The notes beneath the pieces are model-generated. The model did not search any database, was not told where the DNA came from, and saw nothing but the letters and a program-made list of their open reading frames with translations. Positions 14,001-26,597 of a stretch of 64,000 nt of DNA are shown in pieces. Each line of letters opens with the position of its first letter. Position 1 is the first letter of the stretch. This DNA comes from Heterodontus francisci. Its lineage: Eukaryota. Location of the stretch: the NCBI RefSeq assembly GCF_036365525.1, contig NC_090397.1, positions 37,329,679 through 37,393,678 on the forward strand, given 5' to 3'. Made by a program: the position numbers and the translations under genes.

Positions 14001-14859
14001 GAAACAAATTATCATGGCATCACAATACCCTGCTTAGGGTGCATGTTCCAGCATGGACAAGGACATGGCTTGTGATTAATCAAGAGTTCTGAGACAAACT
14101 GTAACATAGGAATGAACAATCTTATGATTGTGTAGTCTTAAATTCTAGAACATAAAGACAAAGGAATGTGACACCATTGTCATTAATGTTTCAGAAATCA
14201 ACATTTAACATAATTGATTTCTTCTATGCATCAGCACTGGGAATAAAACTTGCGTTAATTGGCAGTAACAGACAGAGTATATATATTTTTTTAAATGCAG
14301 TTTCTTTTCCAAACCAGGTGTACATGGATGAAATCATACTGTCTCCCTTCCATTTGCACTACGTTTAAGCACCAACTTGTTGATATAATCTGACATACTG
14401 ACCAAACAGAAAAAAACCATTAAAAAAAAGTTTGCAGCATAAATAAAACATGAATGATATGCCAATACTGTGAACGATTTCACAATAGGAAATCATCCAC
14501 AAGAGCGAATTACACATCAACAGCCCCCTCCCCAAACTGAACATTTTTTTTTTCTGAAGTTTAAGTCACAATGGCTGTTAACATAGGAAGAGTCTTGGAA
14601 AGCGGTTGGGGGGGGGGGGGGGAGGGGGGGTGGTGTTCTTACAGGATTATAATCAGAGGGGAAATGAGCATGTCATAGCACAACACCATTGCATAACTGC
14701 AAAAAAGGCTGTTGAGATTCACGGGCCAGTTGAAAAGACAAGATCCAGCGCACATTACAGGACAACAGAAATTGTGGCAGCAGCACGATAATAAGGGAGG
14801 AAATGGGTGGAGTAGAGTTGTAATTTGAACCTGGTGGGGGGTGAAGGGCTGGGGATTGC

Positions 14860-15830
14860 CACTCCGTGTCGGTTTAGAAACCCGGAAGTCTCTCCCCGTC
14901 GGGAGCAGAGGGACCATGACGTCACCGCAGCCAGTGCTTTCCCGGGCCTGTTTGAATGGAGCGGCGGCAGCGCCCGGCCCTCAGCAGCGACCGACAGGCC
15001 CAGCAATGCAGCGGCTCCTCCCCCCAAACTGCGCGCCATACATCCCGCCTTCCGTAGCCCGTGCTGAACTCCGACGATACCCGGAACCCACAGGGCTCCG
15101 GCAAATTAATAATCTTGGCCAAAAAAAATGGCGTCCAACAAAACAAGGAGCAGAAAGGTACTTGGCAGGGCTTCCCCACCCCCTCCCTCCCAGTCAGGCA
15201 GAGGGTGAACACCCCCCTTCCTCGCATTCGGGACACGATCGACTGTGTTTCAGGGCGGACTTACCGCCTACTGTGTCTGTGTCACCGAGTGCGGGACTGT
15301 ACTGACGCGCCCTCTCCGTGCAGGCCCCAGCTCCACTCGGCTTCTCGGGACGTTCATCAAACGGACCGCGCTCTCGAGACGCTTCTCTTTTCCAAATAAC
15401 AACACGGCAGCCTCGGCCCGCGCTCGAGGACCGCTCCGCCCGCGCGCCTCTTCCTCGCGTTCCGCAGCCAACTGTCACGGAACGCGCGAGCATTCGACAG
15501 CGCCAGCCCTTCTGCCGATTATTTTTCTCTCGCTCCTCTGGAAGCTCTTGCGCTTCTTCAACAACAATGCACCGTTTCGGTTACACAAGACGTCGAAGGC
15601 GGCGACGTCACGCGCCGGCTCACTGGCCGACAACTGCCGTTGGCTGACTGCCTGTCACCGCCAATCAGCGCGCGAGGAAGCGAGCGAGGCGGGGGAGGGG
15701 TAGCGAGAGGGATCGCGCGAGCCCACCCCCGGACTGGAGCGCGCGGTTAACCCTGGGTTGCAGGAGGGTGCGGGGGGAGGAAGGAAGGAAACCCAGTTGC
15801 CGGGTTTCAGGCCAGAAGAGGGAGAGTGTA
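14860..15830. promoter_or_regulatory. CpG island / BRD1 promoter, with probable non-coding exon 1 (~15600 to 15265, minus strand)
   Basis: CpG-dense GC-rich block in an AT-rich background. Minus-strand donor GCG|GTAAGT at 15264. Motifs: CCAAT 15661, full CRE TGACGTCA 14917-14924, ETS CCGGAAGT 14882-14889, YY1-like AAAATGGCG 15125-15133. The TSS is not determinable from sequence. Confidence 0.8.
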
Positions 15831-16050
15831 TTTTCCAGTTGCAGACACTTCGCGTTTATATTTTAAAAAATGGTGCGATGCTTTGTCTTGATAAGTGTGT
15901 ACTGTTTGCGGTGCCCATGACTGGGAGGTCGGGTCGAAAAGGGCCGGAGGGAAAAGCCCAGTTGTTGCGTAAGGGGTCCAATATGCGTAACTACATTTGG
16001 GGCCTTTAACCACCTTGGCGGCGTCATTTTACACAAACACCAACATTTAC

Positions 16051-16072
16051 ATATATATATATATATATATAT
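16051..16072. repeat. (AT)n microsatellite
   Basis: About 11 AT units. Confidence 0.9.
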
Positions 16073-16499
16073 GACTGCTTTGTTTGCAACCATGAAGCGC
16101 TGACTCTCCAGTTTCCAATTCCAGGGGCGCTGCAAACCACTGCCAGCACGGTAAGGCGAAACGAGCATGCCCTTTGCTGGGAGAATAAAAGCAAAATACT
16201 GTGGATGCTGGAAATGTGAAATAAAAACAAAGTGTTGGGAAAAGCTCAGCAGGTCTGGCAGCATCTGTGAAGAGAGAAGCAGAGTTAACGTTTCAGGTCA
16301 GTGACCTTCCATCCGAACCTGGGAGAAGCCTGATAGAGGTGAATGGGGTGGCTCAGTATCTTGATCAGGAATCTGGGAGAGGCTGAACCTGCTGTTATTG
16401 TGGCTGACTTGGATATGCAAAAGCTGCTGACTGAAGGAAGAAAAAAAAAACTTAAGAAAATCGTCCCAAGAAAAAGCGACATGAAAAACTTTTTCACAT

Positions 16500-17575
16500 A
16501 GGATGTAAATGCGTTGGAGACAGTACAGAGAAGGTTTACGAGACGAATACCTGGAATGGGCGGCTGTCTTACAAAGAAAGATTGAACAGGCTAGACTTGT
16601 ATCTGCTGGAATTTAGAAGAGTAAGAGGTGACTTGATTGAAACATAAGATCCTGAGGGGTCTTGACAGTGTGGATGTGGAAAGGGTGTTTCCACCTTGTG
16701 GGATAATCTAGAACTTGGGGTCACTGTTTAAAAATAAGGGGTTGACCATTTAAGACAGAGATGAGAAGAATTTTTTTTCTCTCAAAGGGTTGTGAGTCTT
16801 TGGAATTTTCTTCCTCAAAAGGCGAGAAGCAGAGTCTTTGAATATTTTTAAGGCAGAGATAGATAGATTCTTGATAAGCAAGGGGGAGTGAAGGTTATTG
16901 GGGGTAGGCGGAAATGTGGAGTAATCTGTCCAGTCATGAACTTTTTTTTTTAGAGATATAGCACTGAAACAGGCCCTTCGGCCCACCGAGTCTGTGCCGA
17001 CCATCAACCACCCATTTATACTAATCCTACATTAATTCCATATTCCTACCACATCCCCACCTGTCCCCTATATTTCCCTACCACCTACCTATACTAGGGG
17101 CAATTTATAATGGCCAATTAACTATCAACCAGCAAGTTTTTGGCATGTGGGAGGAAACCGGAGCACCCGGAGGAAACCCACGCAAACACAGGGAGAACTT
17201 GCAAACTCCACACAGGCAGTACCCAGAATTGAACCCGGGTCGCTGGAGCTGTGAGGCTGCGCTGCTAACCACTGCGCCACTGTGCCGCCCTATTGAATGG
17301 CAGAGTAGGCTCGAAGGCTGAGTGGCCTACTCCTGCTCCTAATTCGTATGTTTGTAGCGAATAGTTAAGGTGTGGAATGCACTGCCTGAGAACGTGGGGG
17401 AGGCAAGCTCAATTGAAACATTCAAAAGGGAATTGGACTGTTGTATGAAAAGGAAGACTGTGAAGGGTTACGGGGAGAAGGCAGTGAGTGGAACTAGGTG
17501 AAATGCTCATTAGGAGAGCCAATGCAGACATGATGGGCTGAATGCCCTCCTTTTGCACTAACAATTCTGTGACTG
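16500..17575 (+). mobile_element. CR1 LINE 3' fragments, the first interrupted by a V-SINE
   Basis: Encodes ALETVQRRFTR..RLNRLDL..RRVRGDLIET (CR1 ORF2 end) and the tail ggcctactcctgctcctaattcgtatg. Confidence 0.85.
16942..17290 (-). mobile_element. HE1-like V-SINE with an A-tail, nested in a CR1 3' end
   Basis: Same sequence as 2673-3024. It splits the CR1 tail motif cagtcatgaac | tattgaatggcagag. Confidence 0.9.
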
Positions 17576-18219
17576 GTAGTTTCCATCTTTATTTGATGCC
17601 TGACATTTTGACAATTGTTCACAAAGTTCCAATGGAAAATTACCAGTTTAAATCATTGTAAAAATTTTTAAAGTTTCTGTTCCCTACATTACGCAGAGAA
17701 TGTTTTTAATCTCTGTTGGTAAGCAGTATTTGTTTTAAAAATGTCCTGTGTTTAGCAAATCAAGCTACAGCAGCAAATACTGGTCAGAAACAATCGATTA
17801 GTTTCTTTGTTCTGATGAGAGTTTGTGAATTTATAAATACTTTCTTGGGGAAGCTTACTGAAATTGTATCATAATGCAACTTGTAAAGGATTGTTCTTAA
17901 AAACGTACCTTGGGAAGAAAAATCACATTAATGCTTTTCTCAAGTTTAACACTTAAGAGCGTTTCACATTTCCTATTTGTAAAGCAAGCAATTTTAGCAC
18001 ATTTATTACAAATGTAAGAATAAGTTTGCATAGGGAGAATTTGATGGAGTTATGTGTTGAAACATTTCATAAAATTTGAGTTTGTGTATTTCAGTGGAAG
18101 AGGCATAAAGGAAGGTATCAAAATACATATGTTATAATAAATACATTTTAAATCACTTTGAAAATTGTGTTATCCTAACTATCTGTTTTACAAAAGATTC
18201 TACAGTTTTTTAAACTGTT

Positions 18220-18930
18220 TTGGGGATTGGCTATATTGGCTCCCAGCACCCCCAACAGCACAGATTTAAAAGTATTTTCCTTGTATTTAAATCCCTTCAT
18301 GACTTTACCCCTTTCTATCTTTGTACGCTTTAAAGACGTCTGCAAACGCGACATGAAGTCCTGTGACGTTGATCACAAGTCTTGGGAGTCAGTTGCCAGC
18401 GTTCGCCAGAGCTGGCGGGCAGCCATAAAGGCAGGGCTAAAGTGTGGCAAGTCGAAGAGCCTTAGCAGTTGGCAGGAAAAAAGACAAAAGCGCAAGGGGA
18501 GAGCCAACTGTGTAACCGCCCCCGACAAACAAATTTTTCTGCAGCATCTGTGGAAGAGCCTGTCACTCTAGAATTGGCCTTTATAGCCACTCCAGGCGCT
18601 GCTCCACACACCACTGACCACCTCCAGGGGCTTACCCATTGTCTCTCGAGATAAGGAGGCCAAAGAAGGATCCTACAACTGTGCCCCAAACTCTTCGATC
18701 CTCAACTCTGGCCTCTTTTGTACTCACCCCACCATTAATGGCCATGCTTTCAGCTCCTTAGATCTCACTCTATTACTCCCTCAACTGTCTCTACTCTCAA
18801 ACCTTTTTTACCAAGCTTTTGGTCACCCATCCTAATATTTCTTAGATTAGCATCCATTTTTGATCATGCATCTGAAGCACTTTGGGATATTTTTCTATGT
18901 TAAAGGTATAATGTAAAGTTGTTATTGTTT
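18220..18930 (+). mobile_element. RTE-clade LINE 3' end (~18320-18670) nested in an L2 3' fragment
   Basis: ORF relic RFKDVCKRDMKSCDVDHKSWES...SWRAAIKAG is typical of the RTE C-terminus; tail gaggccaaagaag. The flanks resemble L2. Confidence 0.75.
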
Positions 18931-20066
18931 GTAGTTTAATAGCAATGAAAAATTGAAGTCTGAAGACATTACTGTATGGTCTGGAGATACAGATAGGACA
19001 GAGCATGTAAGGGTAGTGGATTTCCTTCCCTAAAGGACATTAGCGTACCAGATTGGCTTTTGTGACAATTGATGATAGATTCACAGCACCATTACTGAGA
19101 CGAGCTTTCAATTCCAGATTTTTCTTTTATTAATTAATCTTAAACTTCACCAGCTGCTGTGGTGGGACTTAAATCCATGTCCCTATGGCTTTAGCCTGAG
19201 CCTCTGTCTTACAAGTTCAATGACATTATCACTACACCACTGTCTTCCCCCAAGACTCTTGAGTGGAAATTGAACCTGCAACTTTTGACTCAGAGGCAAG
19301 AGAGCTACGAGTGAGCAACAGCCAATACATTAGATGTTGCTTTTTTCCACATACCCAGTAATGGATCATAAATATGTTTAATCAAAACATCCTGCTTTTT
19401 GCCTTGCATCAGGGAAACACACAAATTGCATACTGCTTACATTTTACATCATGGTGCAGAAAGGTAGTGGTATCACATAACTATTAAACTAAACATCTGT
19501 TAAGGAAATGAGAAGGTTGTAATACTTCATTAAGTTTTAGAAAGTTGCTTTATCTAGATTTTAATGCAATAACCTGCAACTTTTGAAGCTCTTGCAGTTT
19601 ATATCTGTTTGAATATTGTTACAGAACAAAAGATTCTGAATTTAATAGAATATACATTTACAGTGTGTAGCCACAATTATTGCAGGAATGATTTTAAATT
19701 GCTGTTGTATTGATGGAACTGGGATGGGGAGGCTTAATACATGGTTGATGAAGTACTGAGGATTGTGCTTTACTTCCATTTCAAGAAACTTATAGTTTTG
19801 TTTATAAAAGTAGACAAATGAAATTACTTTATCTTGTTTTTGGTACCATATTAAACTATTTTGATTTGTAATACTGCAAAAGTCATGATTAGCCAAAGTA
19901 ATTAGGAAACTTTCATTAATAGTAGAGGCAGTGATGAGAGAGATCAGAAGGAAGAGAACCATAGAACTGTTGGTGACAAACAAAATAACTCATCATTTAC
20001 AACCCTAATAAGCCCTTTTCATGGTAATATTGATATCAATACAGGTGTTTATCTATTCCATCTATT

Positions 20067-22450
20067 AGCGGTGGAGGTTCTAGGAAATAAAAATCAGCTG
20101 TCTGGAATCATTTTATTTGTCCACTGCAGATATTACCAAAGTAATTTGTGTGCATTACAACTGAGCATTTATTCGAGATAAGAAATAGTCAGACCTTGGT
20201 ATAAGTTGTCTAATGAAGCATCTACATTGATCTCATCCATCTGCACTTATATATGATTGTGACAATGCTGCAAATTCATCATCTCTATCAGCTTCTCCAA
20301 CATTTTTGTGTTCCTTGCAATCTCTACTACTTCAGCAGACAATTAAACCTACTACTCAAAAAAAAAAACAGGACAAACCTCAAGCATGGAATCATTTTAC
20401 TATGTCCCCATAGACTACACAAAGGCATTGTGAATTTTGGAGCACAATTCTGGAGAACTAATCCACCACAGTTGATGGAAGTCTGTTTGCCACACATAGA
20501 AATCTTTTGAAGTTGGCAGGAAGGAAATGAGCAGCTGGATTGCATCATTTAGTCAGGTAATCCCACTTGTTCAATTTCTGATGCATAAGATAGGTAACCT
20601 AATTGAAGAAACCATAGGAATTGACGATATGTTGAAGACGGAGGAAAGCAGTGGTTATCACTTTCTATCTGCACTTCACAATCTAAAGTAGATCTTCTCT
20701 GCTTTAGTGGATTTTCATTACAAGACATCCACCTTAGAGAATAAAGATGAGCAATATAAGCGGGAAATGATTAATGAACATCAATTTATATTTATATATT
20801 GCCTTTAACCCAATAAACCGTCCCAAGTTGCTTCATAGGAGCATTATAAAACAAAATATGACACTGAGCCACGAGATATTAGGTAAGATGATCAAAAGTT
20901 TGGTCAAAAAGGGAAGTTTTAAGGAATGTCTTAAAGGAGAAAGCAACGTAGAAAGGTAGAGAGGTGTAGGATAGGTATGCCAGAGTTTAGGGGCTAGGCA
21001 ACTGAAGCTGTGGCCACCAGTGGTGGAGTGATTAAATCGGGGACGATCAAGAGGCAAGAATTAGGTGAGCGCAGACATCTTGGAGGGTTGTGGGGCTGGA
21101 GGAGATTGCAGAGATAGGGAGGGTCGAGGCCATGGAGGGATTTGTAAACGAGGATGAGAATTTTAAAATCAAGCCATTGCTTGACTGGGAGCCATTGCAG
21201 GTCAGCAAGCACAGGCGTGATAGGTGATTGGAGACTTACTGCGAGTTAAGACATAGGCATTAAAGTTTTGGATTATCTCACGTTTACAGAGGGTAGAACA
21301 TGGGAGACCAGTCAGGAGTATGTTGGAAAAGTCAAATATAGAGGTAACATAAGCACGAATGAGAGTGTAGCAGCAGATGAGCTGACGGGTGAATTAGGCC
21401 AACGTTAGAGGTGGAAATAGGCGGTCGTGGTGATGGCACAAATATGTGGTCGGAAGTTTATCTTGGTGTCAAATATGACACCAAGGTTGCGAACAGACTG
21501 ACTTAATCTCAGACTGTTGCCAGGGAGAAGGTATCTATGGAATGGAGTTTGGAGCAGGGACTGAAAATGATAGTTTCAGTTTTCCCATTATTTAATGGGT
21601 GGAAATTTTTGCTCATCCAGTATTGGATGTCAGAAAAACAGTCTGATAATTTATCAACAGCAGAGGAGTCAAGAGAGGTAGTGGTGAGGTAGAGTGGGTG
21701 TTGTCAGCATACATGTGGAAACTAATGCTGTGCTTTGAGATGATGTTGCCAAGGAGCAACATGTAGTTGAGAAATAGGAGGGGAGCAAGGATAAATCCTT
21801 GGGGACGCCATAGGTAATGGTACGGGAGCAGGAAAAGAAGCCATTGCAAGTGATAGTCTGAATACAATTAGATGAATGAAGCCAGGTGAGAGCAGTATCA
21901 CCCAACTGAATGACAGTGGAGAGGTGTTTGAGGAAGATGGTGTGGTCACTTGTGTTAAAGGCTGCGGACAGGTCGAGAAGGATGAGGGAAAGTTTACCAT
22001 TGTCACAGTCACGTGTTACATTGATAAAAAGCTGTTTCGGTACTGTGATAGGAGGTTGAAACCTTTTTAATTATACTTCCAAAGGGATGATAACTTATAT
22101 GCTACTGGCTACATCTTGGAGTCCTCTTCAAATGAATCATTTGATGGTCATGAGGATCAATTGTCACTCCTGTCCAGTATAAACTGGCAGCAGTGTAACA
22201 GTTTATTATGCATAAGTTGCCAGAAAGAATGGTATTAGAGTATTTTGAGGAAGTTATATTTGATCAAAGCTGTGGCCCTCTATTGGAAGCTAAAAAAAAG
22301 ATTTTCTGGCCAATGCTTGCAGTTAAGTTTCTTGAGTGTCCTCCCTCTGCTGTTAGTCTCACAAAAATGGGATCTTGCTGTCAATCTGATCATTTTCAAG
22401 AGATTGCTAGATTTGTGCATCAACATAGTTCCAATATTGCATTTAAGATG
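20067..22450 (+). pseudogene. ZBED4: Decayed ZBED4 (domesticated hAT transposase) pseudogene, split by an L2 insertion
   Basis: Stitched translation (/ = frameshift): SGGGSRK*KSAVWNHF/YLSTADITKVICVHYN*AFIRDKK*SDLGISCLMKHLH*SHP (BED finger, 20067-20239); QAWNHFTMS/IDYTKAL (second BED relic, ~20380); SVCHT*KSFEVGRKEMSSWIASFSQVIPLVQFLMHKIGNLIEETIGIDDMLKT/ALHNLK*IFSALVDFHYKTSTLENKDEQYKREMINE (~20482-20778); after the L2, KLPERMVLEYFEEVIFDQSCGPL/YWKLKK/FWPMLAVKFLECPPSAVS (hATC dimerisation domain). These are collinear with recalled human ZBED4 and lie at its syntenic position and strand. Confidence 0.88.
20779..22060 (-). mobile_element. L2-clade LINE, 5'-truncated, inserted in the ZBED4 pseudogene
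   Basis: ORF relics GVPKD..., HSISFHMYADNT (RT YADD-like motif) and LADLQWLPVKQWLDFKILILVYKSLHGL. Confidence 0.88.
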
Positions 22451-24662
22451 CAAAGATCAAGTGGCTCATGATATTAATGTCCTTTGCAGCTTTAAACACT
22501 AATATGCACCTCTAATTAAGACAATGGTGGGGTTGGGGGAAATGGGTTTAGCCCATTTTTGGGTTCTAAAACCAGTCGAGTGCCAAGTGCCTAACCAGGA
22601 AGCCCAAAGCTGTGGGAATTTGCTTATTTTTGCTTGAGCTGCCAATGATTGACTAACCACATAGACAGCTTGTGCTTTTCACTAGAAGTACCTGCTCCTC
22701 CTGACTCCAATATTTATTTTGGTGGCATAGCAACCACTTAATGCCGCGCACAGCAAACGTGGGTTCTGCTATTCTCAATCAAAATGAAAGTGGCTAAAAC
22801 GGGTTGAGTCCCTCCTTTACAAATATAAAGGTGACTGATGCCTGTATTTGGCAGCTGCTCGAGATACCCGCAAACTCACCTTTACCAGTATGGACATGGG
22901 ACACTGTGCCATGAAATTGATCTTTTATACCTGCTTACCATTGAGAAAATGGGCACAATGAGGACCAATTTCTATCCCTACTGTCAGAATATTAGAAGCT
23001 TGAAGTTCCTCGGACCCGACATTTAGTTGCTTTCAAGCATATTTAAAATTGGAGAGGATAGCTTTGCATGAAGTTTTATAAGTAATGAATTGTGCAATTC
23101 ATTGGTTAGGATTGAAGAGACAACTGCTACAACCTTAAAAACGTCAACTTTAATACCCTGGTTGCACCAGAAAAGATCCACATGTAAATACTGGTATTCT
23201 GTTACAAAGAAAGTTCAATTAAAAGTCTGTTTAAAATAAATACTTGCACTGTAATCAATTTGCACGTTACTATTAATTTGTCATTGCTAAAATATTTATT
23301 TATACAGATGCCATATTAGACGAACAGTAGATAACCTGCTCTCTCCAGGAGATTTCGCTTTCTTGAAAATGGACCAAGTCTGCTTCACAACAGTAAAAAT
23401 TATAATCAAATAGAAAAACCTTTTAAAACTTGGACCCTCATAGCTTTTTTCCAGTTATTTTCTGAGATTGTGTATAGTGGTTATAGCAGTGATTAATTTT
23501 CATTCAAGTGGCTCCAAGAAAAAAACTTCACAGATGCAGATTGTCAAAATGACTTGCTTTTTGTTCCTGTGACAGAAGCCTACTGTTTCAAATCTAGGCA
23601 AACGTACAGTACCGAATTTCCCTAGTTGTACTGAGAATAATGTAAAATTACAGCACAGCGGACAGGAATAGAGCCATAAATTTTCAACCATAGAGTTCAG
23701 AAGAATGAACTGGGCATTCTAATATACCAAGTTATCTTTTTATAGCATATAAAGTAATTTTACATTTATTGGTGCATGTCTGAGGTGTATGCGATTGTGT
23801 CTCAAGGGTTACATTAGGAGTTTAAATCCATGTTCCCATGGGATAACATTATTTTGATTTATAATTCATCCGCCACTAAAGTAACAAGCCCTTTCCAAAC
23901 TCCAGACTTTCAAAATTCAAAGAGGACAATGCAATAAGAAATATATGCACTCAAATAGGAATGAGTTGAGAGGTCGACACCTGATTTTGCAAACCAGGTC
24001 TATGCTACATTAGCTCCTAGTTTGAGTGCAAGACATGACCACTTTTAACAGTAAATCAGAGGATCAAAATAATATTTAGTCCTATGACTCAAAAACAACT
24101 TTAAAAGTTCCTGGTACTACAGACAGCTACACTGAAAGTTGTTTTTCTTGTTTCAATGTCAATTTCATTTTCAGAAGTGTAATTGTTACTTTTCAGCAGA
24201 CGAAGGTGAAAAATAGATGAGACAGGTAAACAAATTTAATTTGTACCACAGCAATGCATAATTATCATGAGGTTCAGTAAATGCATTCATCAGTGTGTAA
24301 TTTTCTGCCCATTCACTTCAATGGATGGAAATTTATGGGCTGGCAAGCGCAGAAGCAGATTTCTTATTGCAATAAAACTGAGGAAGGCATGATGCAGTTT
24401 TTAAAATCAAGGAGGAAACTGGGTAGGTGTAGAAATGCTCTGAGTAAAACTAGAAGTAAATAAGCAAATTCGACGACTTCATGTTTTCTAGCTTGACACA
24501 AGTTAAGTTACAACATCTTCACACATGTAGTTATCATATTTCATAGGCACCCACTTAGCACAGTGAATTACAATTTTGTTCAAGCACTAATAAAGCAAAT
24601 AGATTCTTGAATAAGCAGGAACTGTAATATTGAACAGAATGGTGGAATGGCCTGGATAATTT

Positions 24663-24912
24663 TTATCCTTTTCTCATATTTTCATGATGTGTGTATATTT
24701 TTTCTAATACCACTAATTTTGTCTCAATTGTAATATAAAATGGAGGTAGCTGAGATAAGTTAAATCCAATTCCACTAAAACCAGAAATATTAAACATTAT
24801 CTTATGGGTTTTTCTATACCGCGATATATAAATTGGGTTCATTTCCATCAGGTAGTGCGTATGTGCAATACTTTCAACATCTTCTGGTTTAAGATCTTCT
24901 CTCTTGTCATAC
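24663..24912 (-). CDS. ALG12: ALG12 last coding exon (9 of 9)
   Basis: Acceptor ATATAG| at 24913. Translates (K)YDKREDLKPEDVESIAHTHYLME...NLSQLPPFYITIETKLVVLEKIYTHHENMRKG*, matching the ALG12 C-terminus; stop TAA ends at 24663. Confidence 0.93.
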
Positions 24913-25849
24913 CTATATATCAAAAAAAAAAATCAAAATGACAATTTTTCATACTGCAACACCAGTAAACACACTTAAGCCACACTCTTGAATTTCCTTA
25001 TAACAGTTTCAAATTTAGAGATTTTAAGGACTTCCTGTCATGAACCATTTTCTTCTTCCCAGCAAAGGCTGTTATGTCCTATTTATAGGTGGTAGTCTTG
25101 GAATTCTTGAATACTCATGAAAATAACAGATTCTGTTCTGTTATTTAATCGGAGATCGCACTACCTGTAGGAAATGACTACTATACCATTTACCATTCAG
25201 AATCCAGCACAGGCAGTGAAGTGCGGTTACGGATCGGGCAGACATTATTCGCACCATCCAATTTTCCATTTCTATTAACTTCAAAACTGGGCGGGGTGAA
25301 CAACAGGCAGCTGATCCACAACCATCAGTTTACTGCCCGCAGCAAAAATGATAATTGACCCATAGAATCTTGAAGCAAAGGAGGAGCCTACTTGGCCCTT
25401 TGCTGGCTCAGTCCCATTATCCGTATCTTTTTAAAAATATATAGGACATCCTACCAACCCATAAGCAAAATCATTTCACTTCTCCCTTTGTTCTTTTGAT
25501 CAAACATTTTGCCCTCGAGTTACAGACTTGTCAACTTGTGGATTTATTTTTTTTTACTGTTTACCTTACCAAAACCCCTCATTTTTTAAACAGCTCTATC
25601 AAATCTGTTATTGACTTTTTCTATTCTAATAAAAAAAGTCCAAGTTTCTCTTGTCTCTCCTGGTCACTAATGCCTTTAAATCATTTTAATGAATCACTTC
25701 TGCACCCACTCCTTAACATTCTTTGTGAAATAAATGTTCAAAAATGGACACAATATTCTAACTGCAATGTAATTAATTATTTGTACCAATTTTGCCATTT
25801 GCTCTTGTACCTATGCCCCATATCCCTTGATACTCTTACTTAACAAAAA

Positions 25850-26405
25850 TTTATCAAACTCAAGTCTCAAATTTCAATTGACTCAGCGCCTACAGACTAT
25901 TGGAGAGTGAGTTTATACAACCTATATTCATAATTTAATCCTTTCAGCCCCAGTATCATTCTGGTGATTATGCTGTACTCCAAGGCCAGTATATCTTTCC
26001 TGAGGTTTGGCACCCAAAACTGAATGTCGTACTCCAGATGGGATCTGACCATGGTTTTGTACAACTAAAATATAACTTCCTCCTTTCTGTATTCCTATCC
26101 CCTTGAAATAAATGGCTAATATTCTATTAGACTTTTTGACTACTTTTTCTATCTGTGCACCAGCTTTTCCTGATATGTGCACAGGGACACCCAAATAAAT
26201 CCCTTTGCTCCTCTATCTCATAGTCTTCTCACCATTAATAAAATATTCATATTTGTCTTGTTCAGATCCAAAGTGGCTGACCTCACACTCCTCCACACTG
26301 AAATCCATTTGCCCAGTAACTTAGTTTGCCCAATTCACTTTGTAACTTCCTGCTCCCATCTATACAACTTACTGTGCCTCAAAGCTTAGTCTCAGCTGCA
26401 AACCT
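25850..26405 (-). mobile_element. CR1 LINE 3' fragment
   Basis: ORF relic AQIEKVVKKSNRIL; similar to the other CR1 copies. Confidence 0.75.
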
Positions 26406-26597
26406 CTCTCTCAACTACAGTATTTTAGTCTATTTTCTCAATTTCTGTGGTACCTGCTTACTTTTGGTAAAGTCACAATCCCAAGCTAATTTCAACTGTC
26501 AACATGAGGAATTATTAACAGGAAGCCAAGGCTTTCCCATCAGTAGAGAACAAATAAAATGCCTTAGGCCATTTGCATGCATCTCTTAACACTTTAG

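Noticed and set aside
14755-15703. Cluster of overlapping 70-150 aa ORFs on both strands
   Set aside because: An expected by-product of stop-poor CpG-island sequence; no recognisable protein motifs.
19620-20066. Possible N-terminal part of the ZBED4 relic (a short open frame from ~19921)
   Set aside because: Plausible by position, but I could not match it to recalled ZBED4 sequence, so it is left outside the pseudogene call pending alignment.
15830-24600. Initial reading that ZBED4 is simply absent from this syntenic block
   Set aside because: No intact ORF exists, but manual translation recovers clear ZBED4 relics at 20067-22450, so it is pseudogenised rather than absent.
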